Source: Candidatus Marinacidobacterales bacterium (lineage in GTDB: Bacteria > Acidobacteriota > Vicinamibacteria > Marinacidobacterales > DATDRI01). From it: a stretch of 64,000 bases of DNA. Where the stretch lies: positions 6,080,001-6,144,000 of the forward strand of contig OZ245365.1 of assembly GCA_965226495.1 (NCBI GenBank), written 5' to 3'. The translations under genes were made by a program, and so were the position numbers. The notes below the pieces were generated by a model. That model was not told the DNA's origin. It searched no databases and was given only the letters and a program-made list of their open reading frames with translations. Of the stretch, positions 63,052-64,000 are shown piece by piece (the stretch's first letter is position 1; each line of letters begins with the position of its first letter).

Positions 63052-63762
63052 ATGAAACGAAGAGATTTCATCGCCGGGACCGGCGCCTTAGTTGCGGGGA
63101 TCGCGGCTGCCGGGGCCTCTAGGGCCTACGAGAAGAGAGAGACGGAAGACTTTCCCAGGATCGACCACGCCGCCAGTGAAAAGATCCGTGTCGCGTTCGC
63201 AATGGCAAATGGCCCGACGGTGATCGATTTCGCCGGCCCATGGGAAGTGTTTCAGGACGTCATGATTCCGAGCCCGGGTGGTACGCGCATGCCTTTCGAG
63301 CTCTTCACGGTTGGTGAGAGCCGTGAGACGGTCCGGGCGACCGGCGGCCTCAACATCGTTCCCAATTACACATTCGAGACGGCGCCAACGCCGAACGTCA
63401 TCGTTGTTCCTGCCCTTCGCGGCTCGGAGGCTCTCTTGGAGTGGTTGAGGAGAGCTCACGAGAAGACCGACATCACCACTTCTGTTTGCACCGGTGCGTT
63501 CCAGCTCGCGCGGGCAGGTCTTTTGAACGGTAAGTCTGCGACCACCCACCATGATTTCCTGGACCAACTAGAGAGCAGTTTCCCCGAGATCGATGTGAAA
63601 CGCGGCGTTCGGTTGGTGGACAACGGTGATATCGCTACCGCCGGGGGGCTTACGTCCGGCATCGACATGGCTTTGAGAGTCGTGGCGCGCTACTTTGGCC
63701 CGGAGGTCGCCGAGACGACGGCGTTGTACATGGAGTACGAAGGAAAGGGCTGGAGGTCGTGA
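63052..63762 (+). CDS. DJ-1/PfpI family protein with Tat-like signal
   Basis: KRRDFI; [25 protein letters not shown]. Confidence 0.9.
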   Translation: MKRRDFIAGTGALVAGIAAAGASRAYEKRETEDFPRIDHAASEKIRVAFAMANGPTVIDFAGPWEVFQDVMIPSPGGTRMPFELFTVGESRETVRATGGLNIVPNYTFETAPTPNVIVVPALRGSEALLEWLRRAHEKTDITTSVCTGAFQLARAGLLNGKSATTHHDFLDQLESSFPEIDVKRGVRLVDNGDIATAGGLTSGIDMALRVVARYFGPEVAETTALYMEYEGKGWRS

Positions 63763-63764
63763 TA

Positions 63765-64000
63765 ATGGGAGCACTCTGGCAGGACGTGCGTTACGGCGCG
63801 CGCGTGCTTGCGTCTAGACCTGGAATCACAGCGATCACCATCGTCACCCTGGCGATCGGAATTGGGGCCAATACGGCGATCTTCAGTGTCGTCCATGGAG
63901 TCTTGCTACAACCCCTTCCCTACGAAGAGCCAGAACGTTTGGTTCTCGTCCGTGCCGATGCCGAGGGACTCGAGTCGATCGCGTCACTATCGGCGCCCGA
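63765..64000 (+). CDS. ADOP-type ABC permease, 3'-partial
   Basis: [13 protein letters not shown]...[24 protein letters not shown]. Confidence 0.85.
   Translation, partial: MGALWQDVRYGARVLASRPGITAITIVTLAIGIGANTAIFSVVHGVLLQPLPYEEPERLVLVRADAEGLESIASLSAP

Overview
A 64-kb GC-rich bacterial chromosomal segment, most likely from an Acidobacteriota member (Vicinamibacteria-like). That assignment is inferred from ADOP-type ABC permeases, wHTH-TolB-TPR regulators and Ser/Thr kinase-beta-propeller genes. About 55 CDS are mostly accessory metabolism: peptidases, amidase/amidohydrolase, purine deaminases and a nucleoside hydrolase, sulfatase/sulfotransferase, transporters and a MacAB-like efflux system. 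I recognised no rRNA, tRNA, CRISPR array or intact IS. The most interesting features are: (1) a tandemly duplicated HTTM-like membrane protein + partner module whose genes carry an in-frame, apparently translated REP-like palindrome; (2) an LVIVD propeller / His-Met protein / multicopper oxidase operon; (3) two wHTH-TPR regulators bracketed by a 35-bp direct repeat and facing an HExxH protein; (4) a DUF222-like HNH nuclease in low-GC flanks; (5) several Ser/Thr kinase remnants, including a clean head-to-tail mini-gene; (6) a possible truncated alarmone synthetase next to a small alarmone hydrolase. Four otherwise intact genes are frameshifted, which may be assembly error. All family assignments are from motif recognition by eye, not database searches.
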